Source: Clostridia bacterium
GTDB lineage: Bacteria; Bacillota; Clostridia; UMGS1883; UMGS1540
Direction: 5' to 3'
NCBI GenBank assembly: GCA_017436645.1
Contig: JAFSCR010000006.1
Coordinates: 16,887 to 80,886, forward strand
Length of the DNA stretch: 64,000 nucleotides
Part shown: positions 1-8,549 of the stretch, one piece after another
How the letters are laid out: the number at the start of each line of letters is the position of its first letter
How positions within the stretch are numbered: the stretch's first letter is position 1
The notes under the pieces: generated by a model
Database searches by the model: none
What the model saw: the letters and a program-made list of their open reading frames with translations, nothing else
Told to the model about the DNA's origin: nothing
Program-made: the position numbers and the translations under genes

Positions 1-522
1 GCCACCTGAGAAATATTTCCGCCGGCTTCCTTTACGCCCACAATATTATCAAGCTCCGAAAGCTTCAGAAGTGTTTCGGGCTGGATGTTTACGCCTGTTC
101 TGGAGGGTACATTGTAAAGGATAATGGGAATGTTAACCGCTTCGGAAATCGCCGTGTAATGCTTAATAAGACCTTTCTGTGTTGCCTTATTATAGTAAGG
201 TGTTACGGAAAGCAGTGCATCTGCACCCACTTTTTCCATAGCAATGGAAAGCTGTACGCCATGGTGTGTATCATTGGAGCCTGCACCCGCAATAATGGGA
301 ATACGGCCTGCAGCCTTCTTTACGGAATATTCTACACAGGAGATATGTTCTGCATCCGGCATGGTTGCCGATTCGCCTGTGGTTCCGCAAACAATAATAG
401 CATCCGTTTCATTTGCAATGTGGTATTCAATAAGCTCTCCCAGCTTATCGAAATCAATCTGTCCATTCTTAAACGGTGTTACGATAGCAACACCACTACC
501 TGTAAAAGGCAGTTTCTTCATA
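1..522 (-). CDS. dapA: 4-hydroxy-tetrahydrodipicolinate synthase, 3' end truncated at the window edge
   Basis: Minus-strand translation from the ATG at 522 reads MKKLPFTGSGVAIVTPFKNGQIDFDKLGELIEYHIANETDAIIVCGTTGESATM..., which is a DapA-family N-terminus. It lies 25 nt downstream of asd, as in the dap operon. Confidence 0.8.
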
Positions 523-546
523 ATTCAAGTGCCTCGCTTTCTTAGA

Positions 547-1545
547 TTATTCGTTATCGAACTCAATAAACTTCTTGGCAATCTGCACGGCGTTTGCGGC
601 AGCGCCTTTGCGGATGTTATCTGCAACTACCCAGAGGTTTACGCCGTTTTCTACGCTTTCGTCACGGCGGATACGGCCGACAAACGTTTCGTCACGGCCC
701 GTAGCATTGATTGCCATGGGGTAGATGTTATTCTTAACATCGTCTTCGATTACAACGCCGGGAGCGTTCTTCAATACTTCAACGAGTTCGGAAAGTTCAA
801 AGGGTTTTTCCAGTTCAACGTTAATGGATTCGCTGTGGCCGTTAAAGACGGGAACACGTACAGTTGTTGCCGTAATGCGAAGAGAATCGTCACCCAGGAT
901 TTTGCGGGTTTCGTTTACCATCTTCATTTCTTCTTTTGTATAGCCGTTATCCAGAAATACGTCAATGTGGGGAATGCAGTTGCCTGCGATGGGATGGGGG
1001 AACTTTTTGGGTGCTTCACCCTTATATCCGTTTTCCAGATCGTCCCAGCCGGCTCTGCCTGCGCCGGAAACAGCCTGATATGTAGAGTAAACAATACGTT
1101 TAATGCCATAGGCTTTCTGCAGGGGGCGCAGCGCTACCATAGCCTGAATGGTGGAGCAGTTGGGGTTTGCAATAATGCCTTTATGCTTCTTGATATCTTC
1201 CGGGTTTACTTCCGGTACTACGAGGGGAACTTCCGGATCCATACGCCATGCGCTGGAGTTATCAATTACGAGGCAACCCTTGGAAGCTGCAATGGGAGCA
1301 AACTTTTCACTTGTGGAACCGCCTGCGGAAAAGAGTGCAATATCAAAGCCTTCGTCAAAGGAGGTTTCCGTAAGTTCGCGGACGGTATATTCCTCTCCCA
1401 TAAATGTCAGCTTGGAACCTGCAGATTTTGCAGAAGAAAACATGGTGTAGCTTTCTGCCGGCAGTTTATACTCTTCCAGCACCTTCAGGAATGTTCTGCC
1501 TACCATCCCGGTTGCGCCTACGACTGCAATTTTGTACTGTTTCAT
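547..1545 (-). CDS. asd: aspartate-semialdehyde dehydrogenase
   Basis: The 332 aa product starts MKQYKIAVVGATGMVGRTF and carries an NAD-binding GxxGxxG motif. It ends CIPHIDVF...KKFIEFDNE, typical of Asd. An AGGAGG RBS precedes the ATG. Confidence 0.9.
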   Translation of the reverse strand: MKQYKIAVVGATGMVGRTFLKVLEEYKLPAESYTMFSSAKSAGSKLTFMGEEYTVRELTETSFDEGFDIALFSAGGSTSEKFAPIAASKGCLVIDNSSAWRMDPEVPLVVPEVNPEDIKKHKGIIANPNCSTIQAMVALRPLQKAYGIKRIVYSTYQAVSGAGRAGWDDLENGYKGEAPKKFPHPIAGNCIPHIDVFLDNGYTKEEMKMVNETRKILGDDSLRITATTVRVPVFNGHSESINVELEKPFELSELVEVLKNAPGVVIEDDVKNNIYPMAINATGRDETFVGRIRRDESVENGVNLWVVADNIRKGAAANAVQIAKKFIEFDNE

Positions 1546-1556
1546 TGTCTTTCCTC

Positions 1557-2975
1557 CTAATTTATCTTTGCTTTTTCTGTACCGTTATTGGAAAATTTAT
1601 AAATATTGCCTTCCGCATCTCTGGCAAACACATAATCATCATATGTGACTGTGCCCTGATATGTGCCTCCATCCAGTTTAATGGCATATTTACCGTCAAA
1701 ATCAATTTTGTAAACGCCACCGTCGTCAGAAAGACCGATGTAGCATTCACGGGTGATATGGAAGTTCTTTAATACTTTTCTGGAAACAACCGAATAATTT
1801 GCACCGTTTAAATCCGCTTTGCAAATAAGACCATTTACACTCAAAAAGTAAAGCTTTTTATCTTTTACACAAAGGTTTTTGTTTGCGCCTTCAAAAACAC
1901 GTGTGGAAGTGCCGTCATCATTTAATTTATAAATTGCCGCACCGTCAGAGAAGAATACGCCTTCACCGGAAATGACGGGCAGTTCTCCTGCACGGTCAGT
2001 AACAGCTTCCGTGGTCATCGTCTCCAGCTTCAGTCTGTAAATCTTACCGCCGTCGGACAGGTTGCGGTAGTAAAAGTAACCGTTATATGCAGAATAGCTG
2101 TCGGTTTTATCGTTTACCATTTTCGTAACAGTATTATCTGCACGGTTCATCATATAAATGCCGCCATCTTCGCCGATAAAGTAAATGGCTTCTTTAAATA
2201 CAACAAGTGTATGTGCTTTCCCTTTTACAACGGGTTCTTCTTTGCCGAGCTGATAAATCCCGTCAGAGCCGACATAGAACTGCGCTCTGTCTGCCGTACA
2301 GCCGACAAAGGCGCCGCCGTACATATTCTCCTGTGTGTTGGAATTTAAGGGCATAAAGTTCTTTTCAATATATTCCTGCGTTGTAATAGCCTGTGTCATA
2401 ATGAGGCGGTACCCGAGAAGGATTGCCTGTTCTCTGGTAGTGTTCCCCAAGGGATTAATGTTCCCCATCTCATCGCCGAGCATAACGGCAAAAAGGTGCA
2501 TATTCTGCACAGCATTCATTGCCCAGTCCGCAATCAGCCCTTCATCAGGAAATGTATTGGGGTTTTCCTCGGAAAATGCAACCTTCGGTCTCGCCACAGC
2601 GAGGGTATTTTTCAGCATTACGCTGATTTCCTGCCGCGTGATGGGATTTTGCGGTGCAAATTCCGTTTCGCTGACACCTTTTACAATGCCGAGACTTTTT
2701 GCGGCGATTACGGCTTGGTTTTCCGTATCCGTAAACACATTTTCTGCCTCGGGTGCTGTTTGTTTTGTAAGTTTGGACCAGATGCTCATTGCAATTTCAC
2801 AAAATTCTTCTCTTGTAATAGGCGTCTGGTAATCCGATTGTAAATGCTCCGGCACAATGCCGAGCTTTATTGCTGCTTCTACTTCTTTGTCCGCCCAGGC
2901 ACTCGGTGCCGCCGCACAAGGGACGGAAATGAAAAGAAGCCCTGCAACTAAAAGGGTTAAAACTCTCTTCAACAC
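1557..2975 (-). CDS. secreted protein with two N-terminal SLH/stalk-like repeats and C-terminal DUF5050-type beta-propeller repeats
   Basis: Signal peptide MLKRVLTLLVAGLLFISVPCAAAPSAWA. There are two W..KEV..A...GI...ITREE-like repeats. The C-terminal half has repeated G.IYK/DG..IY motifs (GGIYKIDFDG, GNIYKFSNNG) typical of DUF5050 propellers. Confidence 0.6.
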   Translation of the reverse strand: MLKRVLTLLVAGLLFISVPCAAAPSAWADKEVEAAIKLGIVPEHLQSDYQTPITREEFCEIAMSIWSKLTKQTAPEAENVFTDTENQAVIAAKSLGIVKGVSETEFAPQNPITRQEISVMLKNTLAVARPKVAFSEENPNTFPDEGLIADWAMNAVQNMHLFAVMLGDEMGNINPLGNTTREQAILLGYRLIMTQAITTQEYIEKNFMPLNSNTQENMYGGAFVGCTADRAQFYVGSDGIYQLGKEEPVVKGKAHTLVVFKEAIYFIGEDGGIYMMNRADNTVTKMVNDKTDSYSAYNGYFYYRNLSDGGKIYRLKLETMTTEAVTDRAGELPVISGEGVFFSDGAAIYKLNDDGTSTRVFEGANKNLCVKDKKLYFLSVNGLICKADLNGANYSVVSRKVLKNFHITRECYIGLSDDGGVYKIDFDGKYAIKLDGGTYQGTVTYDDYVFARDAEGNIYKFSNNGTEKAKIN

Positions 2976-3055
2976 GTGAATTCCTCCTATGTTCGGGAGC
3001 CTTGAAGCTCCGTCTTGTTCATGCTTTCTTCAGTCGGCGAAAAAACACCACGTAT

Positions 3056-3084
3056 ATTATAGCACAACTTTTTGGTTTTGACAA
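3056..3084 (-). promoter_or_regulatory. sigma-A type promoter (TTGTCA, 17 nt spacer, TGcTATAAT extended -10) for the DUF5050-asd-dapA transcription unit
   Basis: Minus strand reads ttgtcaaaaccaaaaagttgtgctataat. A near-consensus -35 and an extended -10 are seen directly in the sequence. Confidence 0.45.
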
Positions 3085-3101
3085 CCTCTTTTTTGCGATT
3101 T

Positions 3102-4352
3102 TTATGCGGAAAACAGGATGCGGAGAAATGCAGGAGCTTCAGGCAGATACAGGCACAATAAACCGACGCTGCAAACCGCATACAAAGCTACCCGTGCCGT
3201 CTTTTTCAGTTTAGGCAAAGACGACACACCTACCACCGCCAAAAGAAAGAGGGCAGGTGCAAAAAGGTACTGCTGCCCCGGGTTGGCGCTTCCCGGAAAC
3301 AGAAGGCATGTGATAAGAAGATAAAAAATAAGAAACAGCGTAAACTGTCTGAAATGCCGCCGCCAAAGGCCCAAAATGCCCAAAAGTGAGAAAAGAAGCG
3401 GCACAGCGCCATAATATGCAAAAATCATTTGCAGATTTTGTATAAAGGCCCCTGTGTCCTCCTGCCCGAAATTCGTAAAATGTATATACGGGTGCAGAAA
3501 CAAAACCGTCAGACAGAAAAACACGCCGAACACAATGCCGATACTTATAAAAAGCGTCTTTGCATTATACGTTTTATCAAACAATCGACGAACAATGCAA
3601 GATAAAAGAAGGCTGAAAAGTGTTCCTGTCACAAAATAAAAATACTGCCACCGCAAGGAAACGAGCAAAAACGACAAAATGCCGAGGACGGCCGCATTCT
3701 TTGCCCCCTTTTTCCGAAGCGTCTGTTTAAACACAGCATAAATCCACAAAGCCACATATATAAGGCCTGTCACATCCAAACTGCCCCCAAGAACCGGCGC
3801 CAGAAACGGCGCAAATAAAAACACAAGGGGCGAAAGGCGTGGATGAATATCCCGAAGAATTAGGCTTATAATCATCAGAAACGGGACCAAAAACAAATTA
3901 AACAGTAAGAGGACATACGCCAAAAATCCGCCGCCGAAAAGATCCAGAAGCGGTGCAATAAAAACTGTGGGCAGAAGCGATGCTCCCGTGGCTTTGATGC
4001 CGCTTGCAACGGCTTTCAAACAGGCGGCCATATTGGTTTTCATCAAACTGCCGATTTGCAAAGTTTCCTGATAGCCGGCAGCGGTTTCCGCACTGTCTCC
4101 TGCACCGAAACAGGCAAAATATAAAACTAAGAACAAATTGCAAAGCATAATGCCGACAAGCATTCGGCCCAAAAAATGTTCTCCTCTTTTTTCCTTATGC
4201 AAAAAGCTCCATGCCGTTAAATAAACAACGTTTAATGCCGCAAAAGAAACACCGAGCAGCGGCGCAAAAATGGTCAGCAACAGCAAAAGCACAGATGCTG
4301 CCGTCAGATACCATTTCATGGGTGTGTCAAGCTGAATAGATATTGTTTTCAT
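3102..4352 (-). CDS. polytopic integral membrane protein (10 or more predicted TM helices), function unknown
   Basis: The ORF is open to 4460. The start is chosen at MKTISIQLDTPMKWYL (4352), which is preceded by a GAAGGGAAG RBS. The sequence is highly hydrophobic with many helix-length segments. No catalytic motif was recognised. Confidence 0.5.
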   Translation of the reverse strand: MKTISIQLDTPMKWYLTAASVLLLLLTIFAPLLGVSFAALNVVYLTAWSFLHKEKRGEHFLGRMLVGIMLCNLFLVLYFACFGAGDSAETAAGYQETLQIGSLMKTNMAACLKAVASGIKATGASLLPTVFIAPLLDLFGGGFLAYVLLLFNLFLVPFLMIISLILRDIHPRLSPLVFLFAPFLAPVLGGSLDVTGLIYVALWIYAVFKQTLRKKGAKNAAVLGILSFLLVSLRWQYFYFVTGTLFSLLLSCIVRRLFDKTYNAKTLFISIGIVFGVFFCLTVLFLHPYIHFTNFGQEDTGAFIQNLQMIFAYYGAVPLLFSLLGILGLWRRHFRQFTLFLIFYLLITCLLFPGSANPGQQYLFAPALFLLAVVGVSSLPKLKKTARVALYAVCSVGLLCLYLPEAPAFLRILFSA

Positions 4353-4435
4353 AACTTTAGCGCTTCCCTTCACCTTTGAATGTATCTTTCCGGGGAGTCC
4401 GCCAAAGCAAGTCCTGATACATATATTTTTCATAT

Positions 4436-4695
4436 AAAAAGCGGAGCGATTGCTCGGCAAGCGCCCCGCATCGAATGCATGCCCCCGCGATTGCCGTCCG
4501 TCGGTAGCATTTTAACCTGCATGGCAGGTGGGTGACATATTCTCTGCTTACGGGTTACCCTCAGACCGGCCGAAAAACTTCGGGCGGGGGGGCCTACACA
4601 CCGCAGAGACGGTCCGTCTCCCTTTCATTTTAGTGTTGGCTAAAATAAATACCGCTTAGGACGTACAGCGCAGGGATAAGAGGGGTAAGAATATC
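4436..4695 (-). ncRNA. candidate structured RNA or cis-regulatory leader with an intrinsic terminator-like hairpin at its 3' end
   Basis: This non-coding stretch of about 260 nt lies between the DUF1292 stop codon and the membrane-protein gene. It is GC-rich (ggcccccccgcccgaag) relative to a roughly 50% GC background. It contains perfect hairpins (gagacgg-ccgtctc at 4606-4620 and acctgc-atg-gcaggt at 4515-4529). On the minus strand it ends in a GC-rich stem plus U-run (4436-4469), about 85 nt before the ATG. Confidence 0.3.
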
Positions 4696-4995
4696 TTATT
4701 CCTCCGTATCCTCGTCTTCGAATTCAAACTCTTCTTCCATACGAGTTTTGAAAATTTCAAAAATTTTGTTGAGCTCTGCATCATCTTCGATGGGTTCCAA
4801 AATGTCTTCTTCGTCATTTGCAGGAACGATTCGCATGATAAGTACCGTGCCTTCTTCCGCTTCGTCTTCTGCTTCTTCTGCAGGAATACCGACGGCATAG
4901 CGCTTTTCATCTTCTTCGATAATGTCCAGCACTTCAAAGGGCATTTCCTTGCCTTCATCGTCTATAAGGATAATAATGTTTTCTCTTTCTTCCAT
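4696..4995 (-). CDS. DUF1292 family acidic protein
   Basis: The 99 aa product reads MEERENIIILIDDEGKEMPFEVLDIIEEDEKRYAV... and has a highly acidic C-terminal tail. It lies immediately downstream of ruvX, as in many Firmicutes. Confidence 0.7.
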   Translation of the reverse strand: MEERENIIILIDDEGKEMPFEVLDIIEEDEKRYAVGIPAEEAEDEAEEGTVLIMRIVPANDEEDILEPIEDDAELNKIFEIFKTRMEEEFEFEDEDTEE

Positions 4996-5010
4996 GTTTA
5001 AAAACTCCCT

Positions 5011-5424
5011 TCAATTTTTAAGGCTGTCCAGATAGCCCTGGAGAATAAATACCGCCGAGAGCATATCTACCTTTCCTTTTTTCTTTTCACCGTGCACATT
5101 GCCTTCCAGGAGCACTCTGTGTGCTGCCGAGGAGGTCAGCCTTTCATCCCATTCTGTGACGGGAAGCCCAAACTTTTCCGTAAGGACCGCTGAAAATTTG
5201 CGGGTAATTTCCCCTCTCGGGCCAATTGTGCCGTTCATATTTTTCGGCATACCGATAACAAAGCCCTCTGCCCCGTATTCTTCCACAATGTCCGCAAGCT
5301 TTTCAAGCTGCTTTGACCATGTTTTTTCAGATAGGGCGCAGACCGGCTGGGCTGTGAGGCCGAAGCTGTCACTTACCGCCACGCCTATACGACTGTCGCC
5401 GTAATCAAGACCAATCATACGCAA
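5011..5424 (-). CDS. ruvX: Holliday junction resolvase-like RNase YqgF/RuvX
   Basis: MRMIGLDYGDSRIGVAVSD...KLGLPVTEWDERLTS matches the RuvX/YqgF family N-terminus and core. Confidence 0.85.
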   Translation of the reverse strand: MRMIGLDYGDSRIGVAVSDSFGLTAQPVCALSEKTWSKQLEKLADIVEEYGAEGFVIGMPKNMNGTIGPRGEITRKFSAVLTEKFGLPVTEWDERLTSSAAHRVLLEGNVHGEKKKGKVDMLSAVFILQGYLDSLKN

Positions 5425-5472
5425 AATACATCACCTATCTTATTATACACAGCTTTCCCTATAAAATCAAGA

Positions 5473-5514
5473 GTTTTTCAAAAAAAGACACGGGTTTTTC
5501 AAAAAAAGACATAC
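5473..5514. repeat. tandem direct repeat of two units of about 21 nt (gtttttcaaaaaaagacacgg / gtttttcaaaaaaagacatac)
   Basis: Seen directly in the ruvX / phosphoesterase divergent intergenic region. Confidence 0.55.
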
Positions 5515-5529
5515 TTTTTCTGAGGTCTT

Positions 5530-5558
5530 GACATTTCATAAAAAATGGTATATATTTA
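5530..5558 (+). promoter_or_regulatory. sigma-A type promoter (TTGACA, 17 nt, TATATT) for the phosphoesterase and dehydrogenase genes
   Basis: cttgacatttcataaaaaatggtatatattt lies 25 nt upstream of the RBS and ATG at 5582. Confidence 0.45.
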
Positions 5559-5581
5559 AAGCAAGCGAAAGGAGTTTTCTT

Positions 5582-6049
5582 ATGAAAATTGCAGTTTTCA
5601 GCGATAGTCACGGCAGAATTCACAATTGCCTCTCTGCTCTTGAATCCATAGGAGATGTGGACCATATTCTGCACCTTGGAGACTCGGCAGCGGATGCAGA
5701 GGATATCGGTATAGTATATCCCGAAATTCCTATCACCTATGTATGCGGCAATTCTGACTTTTGTGCCGGCGGCGCTTATGAAAAAATGATTGAACTTTCC
5801 GGCATGCGCCTCTTTTTATGTCACGGGCACACCCTTGGCGTAAAAAACGGTTTTTCCGAGCTTGCCCGTGCTGCCCAAAGTGCTGATATTGCGCTTTTTG
5901 GCCATACCCACGAAATTTACAGCGGCGAAGCGGACGGCGTGCGTCTTTTTAACCCCGGCAGCATTTGCCTGCCTGCCTCCACCGCTCCCTCCTTTGGTAT
6001 TCTTACCATAGAAAACGGACAGATTTTTGCCGAACATAAATTTCTCTAA
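5582..6049 (+). CDS. YfcE/MJ0936-family metallophosphoesterase
   Basis: MKIAVFSDSHGR...HLGDSA...GNSD...CHGH...GHTH are the calcineurin-like phosphoesterase motifs (DxH, GD, GNHD/E, GH, GHxH). Start chosen at the ATG with an AAAGGAG RBS. Confidence 0.75.
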   Translation: MKIAVFSDSHGRIHNCLSALESIGDVDHILHLGDSAADAEDIGIVYPEIPITYVCGNSDFCAGGAYEKMIELSGMRLFLCHGHTLGVKNGFSELARAAQSADIALFGHTHEIYSGEADGVRLFNPGSICLPASTAPSFGILTIENGQIFAEHKFL

Positions 6050-6069
6050 AGACGGAAAGGACGAAACAT

Positions 6070-7044
6070 ATGAAAATCGTTATGCTTGACCGCATGGGAA
6101 CAGACTTTTCACAAGAAAAAAGTGTTTTTCGTGCAGAAGGCGCAAACTTTGTTGTGACCTATTTTAAAGATGCAGAGGAACTGCGGGGAATCGTACACGA
6201 TGCAGACATTCTCATGTTTAACGATGCCCACATCACAAAAGAAGTCATTGATTCTCTCGAAAGGTGCAAAATGATTATCCGCTACGGTATCGGCTATGAC
6301 AATGTGGATCTTGAGGCCGCAGGCAGAAAAGGGATTTATGTTTGCAACGCCCCCTCCTACGGCACTTACGACGTTGCCGAGCACACCATGGCGCTCCTTC
6401 TTTCCGTATGCAAGCATATTCCCGTGGCCGACAGATGCGCAAGAGTAGGCCAGTGGAATGCGGAACGGGTAGGAAAGGTAAGACGGCTTCAGGGCAAAAT
6501 TTTAGGCATTGTGGGCTTTGGCCGCATTGCAAGAGCGGTTGCCGCCCGTGCCCGTGCTTTTGAAATGGACCTCTTAGTCTATGACCCGTATCAGACGGAA
6601 GAAGTCATTGACGCCGCCGGCTATAAAAAGGTGGACCTTGAAACGCTGCTCGAGCTTTCCGATTATGTGACCCTTCATTCACCTTTGAGCGAAGAAACCC
6701 ACCACATGATGGGCATGGCGCAGTTTAAACGGATGAAAAAAGACGCTATTCTCATTAACACCGCCCGTGGTGCACTCGTCAATGAAAACGAACTGATTTT
6801 TGCCCTTTTATCCGGTGAAATCGGCGGTGCTGCGCTGGACGTTTTTGAAACCGAGCCCCTTCCCATGAATAGCAAGCTTCTCCAGATGGAAAATGTGGTA
6901 CTTTCGCCCCACGTTGCCTGGAATTCTTTTGAGGGCACAGAAGACTTGCACGCCGAAGTGATTGAAAACGTCGTCCGTGTTCTCCATGGCGAAGTGCCTG
7001 CGAATATTGTAAATGCAAAATACCTTGTAAAACGTATGTTTTAA
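6070..7044 (+). CDS. D-isomer-specific 2-hydroxyacid dehydrogenase (NAD-binding)
   Basis: GIVGFGRIARAVAARARAFEMDLLVYDPY is the Rossmann GxGxxG of the D-2-hydroxyacid dehydrogenase family. Catalytic-domain residues ...TARGALV...E...H are present. Confidence 0.8.
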   Translation: MKIVMLDRMGTDFSQEKSVFRAEGANFVVTYFKDAEELRGIVHDADILMFNDAHITKEVIDSLERCKMIIRYGIGYDNVDLEAAGRKGIYVCNAPSYGTYDVAEHTMALLLSVCKHIPVADRCARVGQWNAERVGKVRRLQGKILGIVGFGRIARAVAARARAFEMDLLVYDPYQTEEVIDAAGYKKVDLETLLELSDYVTLHSPLSEETHHMMGMAQFKRMKKDAILINTARGALVNENELIFALLSGEIGGAALDVFETEPLPMNSKLLQMENVVLSPHVAWNSFEGTEDLHAEVIENVVRVLHGEVPANIVNAKYLVKRMF

Positions 7045-7061
7045 GGCTTTTGGAACATCGG

Positions 7062-7097
7062 GTCGTACCTTCTTTCGGGGTACGGCTCCTTTTTTTG
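7062..7097 (+). terminator. intrinsic terminator (gtcgtacc / ggtacggc stem followed by a U-run)
   Basis: A hairpin followed by ttttttt immediately after the dehydrogenase stop codon. Confidence 0.5.
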
Positions 7098-7115
7098 TGT
7101 TTTCACAAAAAACCT

Positions 7116-7144
7116 TTGCTTTTTCGTCCCTTTTATGATATACT
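7116..7144 (+). promoter_or_regulatory. candidate sigma-A promoter (TTGCTT, 17 nt, TATACT) for darA-holB-ricT
   Basis: Hexamers read directly from the sequence upstream of darA. Confidence 0.35.
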
Positions 7145-7236
7145 GTATAAAAAGGTATATATTGTAGTATTTGCTTTTTCCATGTTGTTTTTCACTACCG
7201 TATGCCTTTTAAATAAAAACGAAAGGGGTTTTCTCT

Positions 7237-7563
7237 ATGAAGCTTATTCTGGCAATTGTACACAATGAGGACGGCAATAAAGTTCTCGGCACTCTTAACG
7301 AAGCAGGTTTCAGCGTTACGAAGCTTGCAACCACGGGCGGTTTTCTGCGTGCAGGAAATATTACGCTGATTGTTGGTACGGAAGAAGAGCGTGTAGAGGA
7401 AGCAATCTCCATCTTCAAAGAAAAGTGCCGTACAAGAAAGCACATTATGACCACTCCCATTTCTGCAGGCATGGCAGGCATGTATACGCCCCAGCCTATT
7501 GAAGTAGAGGTAGGCGGCGCTACCATCTTTGTTGTGGATGTAGACAGGTTTGAAAAGGTTTGA
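7237..7563 (+). CDS. darA: cyclic-di-AMP receptor, PII-like protein DarA (YaaQ/PstA, DUF970)
   Basis: The 108 aa product reads MKLILAIVHNEDGNKVLGTLNEAGFSVTKLATTGGFLRAGNITLIVG..., the YaaQ family signature. It is followed by holB as in Bacillus. Confidence 0.8.
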   Translation: MKLILAIVHNEDGNKVLGTLNEAGFSVTKLATTGGFLRAGNITLIVGTEEERVEEAISIFKEKCRTRKHIMTTPISAGMAGMYTPQPIEVEVGGATIFVVDVDRFEKV

Positions 7564-8549
7564 AGCTGTACGGTAAAGATGCACTCGTCTCATATTTTGA
7601 TTCAGCACGCCGAAAATCACTGGTAAGACACCTGTATATTTTCGAGGGTGCTGTTGGCATGGGCAAAAAAACCCTTTGCCGCTACCTTGCCGCCATGCTC
7701 CACTGTGAAAGTGAAAATGCACCTTGCGGCACATGCAGTACCTGTATCAAAACCGAAAGCGGAAACCACCCCGATATTATATTTGTGGAAGCGGATGAAA
7801 AAAACCCATTAAATGCCGAACGGGCCAGGGCGCTTGTTGCGGACATGTATGTAAAGCCGTTTCTCGCACAAAGAAAGATTTACATTATCCCAAATGGCGA
7901 ACAGCTTTCCCCCGCCGCACAAAACACGCTCCTGAAAGCTTTTGAGGAGCCGCCCCCGTATGTTACGATTTTTTTGACCACGACGAATCGGGATGCGCTT
8001 CTCAAAACCGTTTTATCCCGTGGAATAATTCTGAGTATGCACGGTTGCCCTGCCTCCGAGCTGGAGTCCTATATATGCGAAACATACCCGAAACGCATAG
8101 CGGACGCCCATTTTCTCGCTTTAAGTGCCGGTGGCAGCATCGGGACGGCAAAGCGGCTTGCCGAGGACGAAGAATACCTTGCCATGCGGGATGCTTTGTT
8201 TGCCCTCATGCCAAGGCTGACAGGCCCTAAAAGCGGGATATACAGTATTGTGAAATTTTTTGAAGAACACAAGGCATCCCTTCCCGTTCTTCTTTCGTTT
8301 TTTTCTTCCTGGATGCGGGATACTATGTATGTGCATCTGGAAAGTGAACCCTCTCTTATAAACAGCGACTTTAAAAGTGGTATTGCGGATTTTGCCTTTT
8401 CCGTTTCGCCGAAAAGTGCACTTTGCTGCCACGAGGCCGCACTGGCCCTTGCCGCCAAAATCGGAAAGGGTTCCAACTTTACATTATGGATTACAGATTT
8501 TCTCTCAGAGGCTTGGAGGTATTGTCATGGTACGGATTGTAGGCATTAA
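7560..8549 (+). CDS. holB: DNA polymerase III delta-prime subunit
   Basis: N-terminus HLYIFEGAVGMGKKTLCRYLAAMLHCE...CGTCSTC (AAA+ Walker A plus a zinc-module cysteine cluster). The TTG start overlaps the darA stop codon. Confidence 0.8.
   Translation: MKLYGKDALVSYFDSARRKSLVRHLYIFEGAVGMGKKTLCRYLAAMLHCESENAPCGTCSTCIKTESGNHPDIIFVEADEKNPLNAERARALVADMYVKPFLAQRKIYIIPNGEQLSPAAQNTLLKAFEEPPPYVTIFLTTTNRDALLKTVLSRGIILSMHGCPASELESYICETYPKRIADAHFLALSAGGSIGTAKRLAEDEEYLAMRDALFALMPRLTGPKSGIYSIVKFFEEHKASLPVLLSFFSSWMRDTMYVHLESEPSLINSDFKSGIADFAFSVSPKSALCCHEAALALAAKIGKGSNFTLWITDFLSEAWRYCHGTDCRH

Noticed and set aside
244-1560. A 438 aa ORF on the plus strand that covers the whole asd locus.
   Set aside because: It is antisense to a confidently identified asd gene. 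Its composition is Cys/Phe/Gly-rich and low-complexity, and it has no RBS. It is a typical shadow ORF.
4436-4695. Considered RNase P RNA, tmRNA, SRP RNA or 6S RNA for the structured intergenic region.
   Set aside because: It is too short for RNase P, and the conserved GGAAAGUCCGG and AGGGUGAAA blocks are absent. It has no tmRNA tRNA-like ends (GGGG...UUCGA...CCACCA). It has no SRP domain IV (GGUGCUGUUU...GGAAGCAGCC). The ends do not pair into a 6S-like long helix. It is kept only as an unclassified candidate RNA.
8377-8526. A longer N-terminal extension of ricT (the ORF begins at 8377).
   Set aside because: The extension lies entirely inside holB in another frame. The conserved YaaT N-terminus MVRIVGIKF begins at 8527.
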